From Neoechinorhynchus agilis (lineage: Eukaryota; Animalia; Acanthocephala): a DNA stretch of 64,000 nucleotides. This document shows positions 11,915-24,053 of this stretch, in pieces. Each line of letters begins with the position of its first letter. Position 1 is the first letter of the stretch. A program made the translations under genes and the position numbers. The notes beneath the pieces were generated by a model. That model saw nothing but the letters and a program-made list of their open reading frames with translations. It did not search any database and was not told where the DNA came from. The DNA lies in the NCBI GenBank assembly GCA_051530055.1, contig CM121342.1, forward strand, positions 12,787,480 to 12,851,479, in the 5' to 3' direction.

Positions 11915-14900
11915 CTAGAATATATCAGGACACCGGGACCAATCTTGGTTTTCCTTACACTTCCAGTATTCATCGGTGAAAATATACATCTCAGTATTTG
12001 TGTATGGATCATGCTGTTTCTTGAACCAACAAGGAATATGTTCCTTGACCGCAACGGTTTGTTTCTCCTGCTCTTCACTTTGGGTCGAGGATTCTTCATC
12101 GTCTTCGGTAACTCGGGTTTCCTCCATTCGACGTCTGGCGTCTCGTTGTTTTTGTTCTACTCTCAGTTTTTCCGCATTGGCTTCATCCCACCGTCCCTCC
12201 TCCATAAGACGTTGATCTGGACGCAGACGGGAATCAGTAGGTGCGACTCCATCCTCCCATTCATTGAGCTGAACAGCAAGTTCGGTGAAATTATACAATA
12301 GTCTCAGATAAGGTCTAGGACGAATGAATTAAAGAGCGATTGAAAAAACACGACAAACAAAACACTCACGGTGGGTATTTTCTTTTCCAAAGAACGAAGG
12401 GATTCGCTGTATCCAGACGAGAATGAGAGGTAACTTTTTGTGGATTTATCACTTCGGCACCTATTGATTACGTAATCAATCGTAATATTCATTAGGCGCG
12501 ACACAACTCACATTCAATCATTTCATTCCATTTGCCGCTAATAACGTATCGAGCGATTTTATTCGAATCAGTAACAACTCCGATGACCTTCCTAGGTGGC
12601 TCCTTCGAAAAGTAGCTATATTCGTAGTACTTTATGTGACAATTGTCTTTTGTTTTTTGATTGTAAATATCCATCTCACCAACATTATCGATCCATAACT
12701 TACCGACAATAATGTTCTGGACGCACGTTGTGACTTTTCGCCATGTGTAGTGATTGCCAGATTGGGGGAAGAGGAGATGCGAATGTCCCAGTGGAACGAT
12801 ACTCAAATATTGACCTCTGAACTTACTTGTCATTGTGAATTGTTGCCACAAAGTCCAATCACGACCTGTGGCGTGATTTGATAGCGACGGAGGGTGGTGT
12901 GAGACCTGTTCCGCGATTGATCGCCACCCGAGATCATCTCGTCGATCACACTCATAAGTCTCACCTAAAAGAGGATTGAATGGTTTTGCCGCTCTCTCCG
13001 CCGTGGTACTGTAGGCTGATATTGTGAACGCAGCCACGTACGCCATTTGCTTGCAAGGGTTACTCGGAGTGGTCAAAGGATTCGCATTGTAGAGCAGCAA
13101 AAATCAACCACAAACTCAATTTAAACTTACTATATAATCTGTAGACGTTTAGTTCTCGTTGCTGTTCGATTAAAACTATATTCGCCGAGTATAGGATTTA
13201 AAAAAAGAAGAGGTGACTGGGGAAAGAAGACACGAAAACTGCAATTGAACTCAATGATCGCTCCGTTTAGAATCAAATTTAGCAGCGCGGTCAAGAAGCT
13301 CGCTATACTCGAGTTCTTCGGTCAATCTCTGAAGCATTGATATAGGTTCGCTGAAATTGACAGGAACGGGGATTCTCGATAAGTCTTTTCCTATACAATT
13401 CTTTATAATTCCCCACAGATTAAGGCTATAATCGGGTTTCGCTGGGATCTTAGTTCGCCTCACCTTCTTTGCTCCTGATGTAAATACCGGTGACTTTTCG
13501 GTCGTTGACTGGTCACGTCTTTCGCCTCTCGCTGGATGTGCAATCTTAATAAGAACGCTAGGTTTACCCGTTGATCGGTCATCGTCATCTTCTTCATCGC
13601 TTTCCTGGTCGTCTTGGATTACACGGTGATCGACAGTATCAAGTGGACCAACTGATGAGGACGGAAGAGGCATACGGACGATTTCTTCCAAGTCTTCAGA
13701 AGAGTCGAGAGCATCGTGGAAGTCATCGTCGGCCAGAGTCGAAGTAATACTCTGTTCGTCCTCGGTTAAGACTGTATTAGCGTCCACCGATTCCGGAACC
13801 ATAAATCTCACAGCTTTACCTGGAAAACAAGATAAAGATATCGGCGATTTGCTAGCAAAAAGAAGGGATGTGTGTTGTTGCAATAACACTAAAATCGACC
13901 TCTCTTTTTTTTAGCGTATCGCCGTTTGAACGTAAGTTATGCGGCTGGCGCCCGATTACCGCGTACACTGCCTACACGAACAAATTAATCAAAGTGGTGT
14001 TGTATTATTATTGGCTTATTTGGCCCGCCACCGCTACCCGATTCCAGAAAAGGGCAAAAAATAAAGGAGAAATTTAGAGATTTGGATATTTCTTTCGCTC
14101 CGCCTAAGACGATCCACCGTGGTGTCCGTGAAAACATGGGATTTCAAAAATCGGCGATCTAAGCAGAGACGGAGTCTCAGCTGAAGCAAGTCGTTATGTG
14201 TGTGCTGACACGTTCAACATGAGTTTGCGCTCGAATTTCTACGAAATGCACAAGTTAACTTACCTTCTTTATCGGCTTTGAACAAGGACCGTTCAAAATT
14301 CTTCATTTGTCGAGCCATTTGTTCGACCATCAGATCCAATTGAACTCTAAGTTCATGTTCCTTCATATAGGCCCGTTGCCATTGTTGCGCTTGTTTCCTG
14401 GCAATACTGACGAACGCTCTACAAGCGTTAATAAGACTCGTGATGGTGACCCTGAAAATGGTGGCACGTTCATTGAGAACTTTAGTAGTAGCCATGAATG
14501 TGGAAACGTCGGCCGGAGCAAGCGAATCAAGAGTAGCCACTTGTTTCTGAAGAAGGTGATGGTGTTTTTTGCTAAGATCGAAGTAATTCTCGACTTCTTC
14601 TAATTTTTCTATCAGGTCTCGGTTTAGTTCAAATGTAGGCTGGGAATAATCACGAGGTGTCTCAGGTGATCGAGAATGTGAGTCAGTGGACGTGTTTTTC
14701 CCCTCTTCGTCCTCACTTTCGTCTTCGTTCTGAAAAATACGATCGTAATGCACGGCTTTCGATTTGGCGAGTTCTAGGACAGATATCCATTTTTGCTTTT
14801 CGCGTTCATTGGCTGCCTTCAGATGCATGGACGTTCCACCGCTTCTTATCAAAAAGTGGCACGAATCGAGCGAAACGACGATCGCTGTACTCAAATAAAT

Positions 14901-15212
14901 TGTGCCTCTGCATGTGAATTGCATTTCGGTTTGGTTTCGATAATAACTGAGGATTCCATCGTTCAGGACAAACCAGCGGCGCTGGTATCCTTTGAGATAA
15001 TTCGTCCATTTGTGGAGCCATCCTCGCATCTTGTCGTCCTTAGCGTAGGCGGATTCCGTTTTTGAACACGATGACTGGTTCATAGAAACGTTTCTAGCGA
15101 TGTTTTCGATTGAGAGAGCAAGCATCGACGTGCTCCTCGATACGTTCGATGATCGGTTGATCGGAATGTGGAGAATATTGTGTTTTTGCGATTCCGTCGG
15201 ACCAGTCGGCAT
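11915..15212 (-). CDS. OSBP: Oxysterol-binding protein (PH domain, FFAT-like DDDFHDA, ORD domain); multi-exon
   Basis: GWLHKWTNYLKGYQRRWFVL; KPFNPLLGETYE; EQVSHHPP; PTDSRLRPDQR; three canonical introns plus one non-canonical insert at 13061-13267. Confidence 0.93.
13061..13267 (-). other. Non-canonical TA-flanked hairpin insert (putative intron) in OSBP
   Basis: GATTC-TA-[AACGGAGCGATCA...TGACCACTCCGAG-TA]-ACCCT; removal gives AAKFDSNPCKQMAYVAAF. Confidence 0.65.
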
Positions 15213-16439
15213 TTTCGATGTGTGTGTGCGCGCGCAGAAATACGAATGCGCTTGAATGCAAAGAGAGAGGAAAGAGAAGTGCGCAAAGTCTACCGTTACT
15301 AAAAAAATGACGACGACGACGAAAAGGCGAGGAAAACGAAATTAGCTAAATTTTAGCGATCCCTTTAAACATTTTTTTATCATAACATAATAAAGTACAA
15401 AACGAGCAATCACCACCGTCCGCAAAATTGGAGCTGGCGTAAAAAATTAAAATAATTTTCAGAACAACAATCTTGTACGACGCATTTTTTTATCAAGGCT
15501 GCTTGTAAATTTTTAAAAAAACAACCTTCTGAAAACAATGGGATAAATTCTTTTACGCCAGATAAAAACATGAACAATTCAATCTTCAAACAAACGTGAA
15601 TTCGTGGAGAATACATGGGAAAGGTGGAAAAAACCTTGGAATGGTTATCGAAAAGAAGGGAAGGGGTGCTCGAATTTTTATTATTTTAGGACGCAAATGA
15701 AAACTATCCATTATACTCAGAGCAAAGGACACGCTAAGATCAGTATACCATGAACAATACTCACATCGAATGCAAGATCTTAAATGCTTCAACGCAGAAG
15801 CTCAAAAGTACGACGAAAGACCAATGAAAAAAGCATAATCGCGTGCCTTTGAATTCTTCCTGAAGGAGCGCACAGTGGACTATTGAGTTTTAGATAGCAT
15901 CGAAAGTCGCGAAACAAGTTATTCGAATTTGTCCGAAAGGTTTTTTAAATGTGATCAAAATCGGGTATCCATTGCTATCCGCATTTTGAGATGGGATTGT
16001 ACCTAGAAACGATAGGTCGTTTTTAAATTTGTCAAAAAACTAAAGCTCGAATCTAACGTTAAATAGAAGTCAATCTTGAAATGTAGCATAAACTTATCAT
16101 CCAATACTTAATTCTGACAATCAGTGAGAAGATTGAAAATATTTTCATTGAAGGTCGATCTGATCAATACACGATCTTCCTTTAATGAAACTATTGGGTA
16201 TAAATGGTCGAAAATGGCAAGTAACGACTTGGTAACAATTATGCGTAAAATGTAGACTAATATGATCTTTTTTAATACGTGAAGTTTCGACTTTCTTAGT
16301 CGCTAATTTGTTCATATTCTGATTGAAAAGCAAAAAGCCCATTGAAATTTTAGATTCAGAAGCATTTTTTACGAATCGATTTAGTCCTGAATACTGTAAG
16401 TACGTCCAGCATTTTAGAGTCGAGCAATATTTGTCGACT

Positions 16440-16780
16440 CGATGGCCGTCGTAGACCGGACGGGCGAGGGGAGGCAAATGCCTTCTCTGGGGCGCCATTC
16501 GCAGCCAGCAACAGAAAATTCGCCACTATTAAACCGGAGGAGGAGCAGCAACGGCCGTTGAGGACCGCAAAAAGACCAAATACAGGGACTTGGGTCGAAA
16601 TCATTATTTCGTTCCCTTTGGCGTCGAGACACTCGGGTCATTTGGTACCGCTACGCAGATTGTCGAAGAGACTGAAACGAATCACTGGCTATACGAAGGC
16701 AGGAGACCCCCTCCCTGCAAAACATAGATCTAGCTCTGCAATTGGGGAACGCTGCATCTGTCTTTTCAATCATTACACCA
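16440..16780 (+). mobile_element. CRE-like non-LTR 3' fragment (restriction-like endonuclease)
   Basis: RRPDG...GGAATAVEDRKKTKYRDLGRNHYFVPFGVETLGSFG...QNIDLALQLGNAASVF in frames not listed in the ORF track. Confidence 0.8.
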
Positions 16781-17009
16781 TGACGGCAGTATTTTTTTAA
16801 ATTTCCTTTCAAAAAGTCTATATAGTCCATGTAGGCTTATAAACTACGATTGATGCTGGAATGATATTTGCACAAATATAATTCTGCACTTTACGCGATT
16901 TGAATGAAATGCTTTATTTTGAACACTAAAACGCATAAGGCTGCAATGATTTGCTCATCTTCACCGGAGGCTATAAGGACCGCTGTTGAGGTCATGTTTC
17001 AACATTTCC

Positions 17010-17330
17010 TGAGTTATTTTATTCCATCCTCTTCTTATACAAAATACGTCTTATACACTGATGATCTTCCCCCTTTCACTCTCAATTACTTATAATTAGA
17101 TTTTTCACGTTCAAGCATTTTGCTCCTCTAAATGTCTTACCCTTAACTTAAACAAGCGCTTTGAAATCGTCCCCTCAATCTCAAATAGTCCTTCCCATCA
17201 GCCGCTTCCTTTTCCTATCAATCGTGTCTCATCTGTTCGTATACTTGGTCTTCATTTTCAGGAAAATCTAAAGTGAGACAAGCACATATCAATTTCGTTG
17301 CACAAAGGTTCCATTAAGCTCTATCTTCTG
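17010..17330 (+). mobile_element. Degenerate L2/Crack-like RT relic
   Basis: KYVLYTDDL (YADD box) and ILGLHFQENLK..KLYLLKRLR. Confidence 0.55.
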
Positions 17331-17789
17331 AAACGCCTCCGATATCCAACCTTCTGCAATTTTTCTTTTAAACTATTCAAAAAACTTAATACATTTCACA
17401 ATAGGTGCGCTCTAATTACCCTTAGAAAAACACTTCTCTCTAATCTTTAGAGAGCACTCAAAGCGCCTTTATTCCCTTCTGCCTCGCACGCATACGCTCA
17501 ATCCTCCAAATGCGAATTGATTCGGAGGAAAAGGCGGAAAACAACAACTACAAATTAACCGACAATATTCGCTTAAAACGATTATGGGAATCAGTAAATT
17601 AAGAGGCTTTAGCGTCGAGCAGAATTGATTGTCAGACGCTCGAGGAAAGAAAAGAATAGCGATTCCTTTCCGATCCTCAGGATCCCATTCGTTGGGCAAA
17701 ATTCACGAGCGACATCAGCCGGCTTTTCTTAAAGAGACAAGACTGGAGGTTCGATTGATTCACAGGAGCACTATAACATAACGCCGTGC

Positions 17790-18050
17790 CCTAACAAGAA
17801 AGACGAAAAACACCACAATGCCTGATATCGTGCCTTATGTATAAGCATCCTTGTAGTAAGGTCCAATGTTCGACGACTCCGGAAAGGCCACTTTGCATCA
17901 GGTTTAGTATCGTCTACGAAACCTCCTGTGTTCAATGCGCACAAAAACGGATCGGGACCGTGTACATTGAGAAGACGAACACCTAAGAAACGCAATGAAC
18001 CCAAACGCAACCTCCATGGATCAAACACCAATGAATGCTCCACGTAGGCC
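17790..18050 (+). mobile_element. Penelope-like relic related to 29760-30130
   Basis: TVYIEKT (YIG box) and LRNAMNP, similar to EHVRNALNP. Confidence 0.45.
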
Positions 18051-18599
18051 AGGGGTCAAACAAACAAGCGAGAGACCCATTGGAACTTTCGCTTGCGTAA
18101 GCTTTGCTCTGATGATCGTAAGGAGCAAACGGCAAACGTAAGACGTGTTACGGCATTGAAAAAAAGGGACGACTTAGCCTGTTCAACGACTTTCTTTTAG
18201 CTGCCTATCTAGATCGTTTGTGTTTTGTTGAACTCCAATGAAGGAGTAAAACTCCTAAATATTGGTCCAAAATAAAGAATTTCGTTTCAATCGATAAAGG
18301 AGAACATACGATTGAGAAATCAGTTGACAATTCAGCTCTATTGGTTTCGTATCAAATTCCAATTCGAACCAATTCAACAAATATCACATTCCTCTGATTT
18401 TATAAAGCTTTACATTTGAATTTCATAACATTGTTTTGTCCTTCAAGCTAAGAATTTTATGGTTCAAAATCTATTTTGACAAGTGATGGCGTATATTGTT
18501 CGAGTAAAAATTGAATAGGTTCGCTGATCAACTTTTTGGCATCACAAACGACTTTTAGCTGTCAAACAAATCGAAATAAAGTGTTATTAAATCGAAATC

Positions 18600-19280
18600 T
18601 TAAAGTCCAACAAATGTCCCACAGAACGGACAGTACTGTACGTCATATTCTTCTCCATTTCTGTATCTTTTCCCACAAATTTGACAAAATTGTCTAACCT
18701 GAAGTTCATCTGAACCACTGTCGCAATCCTCTTCACTGCTACACTCATCCACAGGCTCGCTGCACTCTTCTTGCATAGTTTCTTCGTTAACATCATTATT
18801 TGATTTATTTGTATTAAACGGATTATTCTCTGATAAGTCAAACGTCTTTAAAACAAGATTAGACTGCGGCGTCCTTGCACAATCCTTCGTTTTCATATTA
18901 GAATTAAGTCCTTGAGTCCGCTCGAACCTTGTATTGGAAAATCTTACAACCGCAGAATTTGACTGGACAACAGAAGTCTTTTTGTTGCAATCGTCCATTC
19001 CATCTATCGCTTCATCTTCTACTTTTTTAGCCGGCCTTCGTTGTTCGATTCCATCCAACATCCTGGTTATGATTTTAACTCGTTCATTCTTTGCGTACAT
19101 TTTTGAACATGGAACTATATATTTTTTTTGCTCATCTTCAAATTTCTTATGAATGTCTTCTCCTTTGAAAATAACGTCCCCGACCTGGATTGACCTTCGT
19201 TCACCAGACCGAAAAAGGTATTTCTTAGCTGGTGGTGATTGCTTAGTATTATATTGATTGCGATTGTTCATAGGTTGCAA
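18600..19280 (-). CDS. Intronless low-complexity protein with C-terminal zinc ribbon (first ATG at 19271)
   Basis: C-terminal FCQICG-x12-YCPFCG; ORF open in both copies. Confidence 0.7.
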   Translation of the reverse strand: MQPMNNRNQYNTKQSPPAKKYLFRSGERRSIQVGDVIFKGEDIHKKFEDEQKKYIVPCSKMYAKNERVKIITRMLDGIEQRRPAKKVEDEAIDGMDDCNKKTSVVQSNSAVVRFSNTRFERTQGLNSNMKTKDCARTPQSNLVLKTFDLSENNPFNTNKSNNDVNEETMQEECSEPVDECSSEEDCDSGSDELQVRQFCQICGKRYRNGEEYDVQYCPFCGTFVGL

Positions 19281-19611
19281 ATACGGCGCCCGTAATCAGT
19301 TGAGACTGTACTCTAAGAGGTAATGCGTGCTTTTTTAATGAAGTTGCCTAGCAACTGAGCAGTAAAAACCAAAGTCGTTAAAGTGGAGAGTGTGCTTTCT
19401 TTGATTTAAACAAAGACTTCATGTTGCCTCGAGCTCGTTGTTATAGCAACGGTTAGAGAACCAAACATTCTTTGCTTAGGATTGAAATAAAAAAGACCCG
19501 GGAGAGTGGAGTCCAATTGTACGATTTATTTATCTTCAATTTCAATAAAAGATGGTCGCATTAAATGCCGACATTTGCTATTTATCCATTTTTAGTTATT
19601 TACATAAGGAC

Positions 19612-19782
19612 GGTTACAAGCCCGGCTGAAAAAGGAGGAGGGTTGGCGTCACGAAGGGTATCCGGCTGTAAAAATATGATAAATTTTGAACCTAATGGCA
19701 TCAAACATACAAATTATCACCAAATAGATGTCATATTAGGACCCGCGACCTCTCGAAAGAGAGAAAAGCGCAAAAAGAAGCT
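19612..19782 (+). mobile_element. Short non-autonomous RTE derivative (5'UTR fused to 3' end)
   Basis: 19617-19712 matches 11703-11800; about 19713-19760 matches the reverse complement of 9160-9208; A/G-rich tail. Confidence 0.75.
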
Positions 19783-19849
19783 CGTTGTTTTACATGTTAA
19801 GTTTCCTATCACTTCATTCCTTTGTAATCTATAAGCATAGAAGTTAGAG

Positions 19850-20714
19850 GCGGAAGGAAATTAGAGAGTTTCAGCGATCTCTTATCTCTTCAATACTCCT
19901 ATTTTTCATTTCCCTTAAATTACCTTAAAGAACCAATAAGACATTTCCTTGTATTCTTTTCGATCATTTTTCTAAAAAGGTTACATATTTTATTTTGAAG
20001 CTCACCGCATAATTCTATTGTTTTTGTCATTGAATTGAAGATTCTCTAAAAGTGGTATTATGCGAAGAAAATTCTATAAACTGCTGACGTGAATGTCGTA
20101 GAGGTAAAATTAAATTGGCGTAAAATCTTTTGTAATTTATTAATAAATTTATTAAAGAAAAGAACATTTTAAGTTCTGGGAAACGTCCGAGGGCAAAGAA
20201 GCAAACTTTACCGATAATGAAAGTTAAAATAATTATTTTCTCATAATGTCAAGTTCAGTTGAAGTTTCAGTGATTTTTTAGTATTCGTGCTAGAGAGTAA
20301 AAGAAGCCATTTCGGGAGGTTTTAACAAATTAGCGATTGTTTTAAGGTGGGAAATCAATTCCTAAAATCCGGTTATTTCTTTTAAAAACGTATTGTGAAA
20401 AAATTAAGTTCGATTTGAATACATTTTATAAAGTTGATCTCGAGTGAGCTGATTTCGTAAGAGCAATCATCATTATTTTCGCCGAATTAAAAGTCAGATT
20501 GAATTCTTTTAAACGAATTTGCAGTTTAGAAAGATGTGATGAGACACTAGAGATTAAGTTTGCAGGGTAAGAATATGTCGTCTGCATATAGAAGAGGTAA
20601 AATGTTCTTTGACTTAGATAATTTGACCTTAAATATGTAAATCATTACGCGTAAAAAGAAAGGAGGCGATAATGGTGAATCCTGTTGGACTCCGCACTTA
20701 GAATAGAAAAAGTA
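19850..20714 (-). mobile_element. Degenerate LINE RT relic
   Basis: GVQQDSPLSPPFF and ILPLLYADDIFL on the minus strand. Confidence 0.65.
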
Positions 20715-20744
20715 CGATTAGCGTCAACTTCGTAATAAAATGAT

Positions 20745-20990
20745 TTAGTTTCAATTATTCCTTTTAAATTGTTAATTACAAGCAAAACTTGACAAGACAA
20801 TTGAAAAACTTACAAGCAAAAACCTAAAAGCAATCGGCATGTCAACGATTCCACCGCCGTCCCCTCGCTCCACTCGGGACTTGACCATCTAGCCAAACCA
20901 CGATTCGCCTCGACGCCACGCGGATCACGAGAGGGCCGACGCTGCAAATTCACAAAATCAATTTTGGTCCGAACAACCTGTAGAGAACGT
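20745..20990 (+). mobile_element. 5' stub of a CRE-like element (family of 47200-48410)
   Basis: Matches the reverse complement of 48255-48410, with an extra ~70 nt. Confidence 0.6.
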
Positions 20991-21004
20991 ATGTAAGGAT
21001 ACTA

Positions 21005-21760
21005 AATATGGCAGAAAGATAAAAGTGAGCAAGGTGTTTAGGGGATTCGCCGAGGGGCAGGAGGAGTTTGAGAAGGTAAAGACGAGGGTTGGCATAGTTC
21101 GGAAATTTCGACAGCAATGTGAGTAAGTAGCGTAAAAGCTGTGGATACATTAGAAGTCGCTATAGAAACATTTTTCATATAGCTTCATCAACCCTATCTT
21201 TCTTCTTTTTTGTAGAAACTCCGTAGAAGCCAAAGATGAAGGGTTTTCTTGGGCTGACTACCTCTCCGTTGATATCTTAAAGTATTTTTTAAGATTCCAA
21301 ATTCTGTAAAAGGTTAAGAATTATTTTTTGGGAATAAGTAGTGGAGTCAGCATCGTTGCTGTTGCCTGATTTCTTTTGATCCTGATCATATGCACCTTTT
21401 TGAGGACGGGGGCGTGGAGCGCTAATGTTTTAAGACTCAAGGGAAGACTCGTCCCGAAAATACAAATGGCGTTACCTGTTATGAACATTCGTATTAAGGC
21501 CAGAGAATATAGGATGGGATTTTAGGAGATTTCTTAGCAAGTGCTAAGCATTCCTGGATATATTCATGGACTGCTTTCCATAATCTGGCAAAGGCTGGAT
21601 GGTTTAACTGGCAAATAAAATACATTTGACGTTTTTGGGATTTGGACAATTTCATTTGATGTGGTTATCCGCACAGAAAATGCAACGATTGGCATGTTTA
21701 CATTCGTATTCGTGGAGTTCCCAAAGTGAGCTTCACCCATTAAAAACCTACGGTTTAACA
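21005..21760 (-). mobile_element. LINE relic: gag-like Cys/His knuckles (21560-21760) and L2-like RT piece (21005-21150)
   Basis: ECKHANRCIFCADNHIK*NCPNPKNVKC; RLYLLKLL..LAHFYLSAIF. Confidence 0.45.
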
Positions 21761-22659
21761 TCTCACATCGTATTTTGATCTAAAATAACGACGCAAGGCA
21801 TTCGAGTTGAGTGTTGATTGTTTCTTTACAACAAAAAGCATACTAATGCTCAACGAAGTAACATCCACCTTAAATTGCACCCTAAAATCGATTTTGAATA
21901 TTAATTTTTGTCCAGTTCCGATAAATGTCGATAATACTCGATTTCCTTGGCTCCTCGAGATTACTAAGTGATTTTGGCGATTCTCGAAAGTTGGTTTACG
22001 TTGAGTGAGAATTTAATAAGCTTAAAGAAGAAGATAGTTTGTTTCCATGACCTTCTATTTTCTTCACAAAACACGAAGAGACGGTAGTACCGTAAAACTT
22101 CTTTACTATTTTGTTGACAAACTTGAACTTTAATAATAACTCGTTTTTTGTACAAAGTAGAAGAATCCATATACCTCGGGGTACCAAGTGATCTTTTTCG
22201 ACAATTAATTAGGACATTGTAGAAACTCGCCATCGCCAAAAATTGATATTCGCGACTACTGGAAAGGATCGATATTTTTAGGATGTGACTCTGTACCACG
22301 CGGAGACCATTTTCAAAAAATATCTTTTAAAAAGTTGTATTCAAATCAATTAGAAAAGTCGTGATTTGGCAACAATCGTAAGATTGTGCAGGTCGTCCGA
22401 GAGAGCGTTATAATGGTCGATTTGAAATTGTTTCCATGTAAAATTTTCGGATATTTAGTATTCTTTCCATACGTAATCCAACCACAATTCTTCAATCACT
22501 TCTTAAAAGTGGGTTTTTTGATCGTTCCGCCCATCGTGTTTTCCTTTTTCAAAAACATCCGAGCAAACTTACAAATGTTGACAAATTAGAAAATTCGAAT
22601 GTTTTGAAAGCATTTATAGGATATAGGAACGATCATGTGAGTTATTAAATCGTGTAGTG

Positions 22660-23613
22660 ATGATCTTTGAAGTTCTCCTATTAAGCGCCGGGATTTTATG
22701 TACTCTATCCAACATCACTGAATTCAAAGAGACCAATGATGCGAATGAGATGAGGTTTGAGTTTTTACGACCATTGAAATTGAATAAAAAAATTGATCAG
22801 TGGGATCCACATTAATGATCTGGAATCCACTCTGACTTATATGTTCCAAAAGGAGATTCCAAAACTAAAGAAGGTGAAGATTAATACTATTCACAGACTC
22901 ATTCAAGTTCTTCTTACGGTAATTAATTTACGTTAAAAATAATCTTAACTATTTTTCAGTATTGTCCAATGAGAAATACAACTCACAACCAACTCGTTTA
23001 TCTGGACGACAAACTCGCAAACCAAAGTGCTTCTAATATCAGCGGTCAAAAGTTCAGAAAATACGCCAGCACTAAAAAAACCGAGCGTTCCTTCTCTCAA
23101 ATACAATGGGAAAGTTGCAACAATTCAAGAGACGAATATACCAATTATGAATGCGGTATTTGGACATTATTCCATACAATGTCAGCGAAATTGTACACTG
23201 CAAATAATCTCACAGAGTCGCAGTACAAAAACGAAACTCTTCGAATCAAAGAATCCATAAAGAGGTACACAAAGCATCATCATTCGAATAAGGAACACGC
23301 CAAAACTTTTCTTCGACTGTTAAAACGTTGTCCAACAACGCCAGAGGATCTTCTTGTTTGCCTTTATAATGGTAAGCATCGGCGGTTTCGTTGACTAAAA
23401 AAATGTTCAAATCATTTTGCAGTCCATCAAAAAATCAGCGGAATGACAAATAAAAATTATTCAGGGAAATATCCATCGTGCCACAACGAAAGCAATAAAT
23501 CAAACATCGAAGAAATAGTGAAGTTCATTACCAAGCATTATACAAAAGTTTACGTTGATCGCACAAATCATCAATCGTCGCACAGAGAAAATTTGGCTAC
23601 GAGGATGCATTGA
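22660..23613 (+). pseudogene. QSOX-like (HRR+ERV) secreted protein lacking the FAD-proximal CxxC; this copy has a poly-A frameshift in exon 1
   Basis: Hydrophobic N-terminus; HINDLESTLTYMF; WESC..YECGIWTLFHTM; YNVHQKI; two GT-AG introns; A7 run at about 22786 versus A9 in the duplicate. Confidence 0.6.
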
Positions 23614-24053
23614 TTTTAGTCGCATTGGCCACGAATTTAGTTGTGGCTTTTTTGGTAGACGAAAAAATAAATAGTACGGCATTATTTTTTTGAATATTTG
23701 TTCAATAAGTTCAAGCTTCGGTTCATGATTACTTCAAGTTTTTCATATCCAGAAAATCCACAGGGATGGTAAATTTTGACTTGCGGTGAAGATAATCCCG
23801 GTTCCTAAGGCGAGGTTTCCTCTTTCGAAATATTTCAGAACAATAAAATGATTTTTAACCGGGATCATCTTCACCACAAGTCAAAACTTCAAGTTTTGTT
23901 TTACAAATCCTAAGAAAATATTAATGGTTGCTTCGAAGAAAACTCGTATCAAAGATGTATTTGCAATGGACGAGTATAACTCCGATTTGATAAAGCGTTA
24001 CATGGCAACCAACGTGATAAAAACAAAATTAAAATATCTTGTGAAATACCATC

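Noticed and set aside
18100-18135. CTGATGA inside a TTGCTC/GAGCAA hairpin as a hammerhead
   Set aside because: No stem II-GAAA or cleavage triplet
19565-19834. 89-aa ORF conserved in both copies
   Set aside because: Chance ORF across the short RTE derivative
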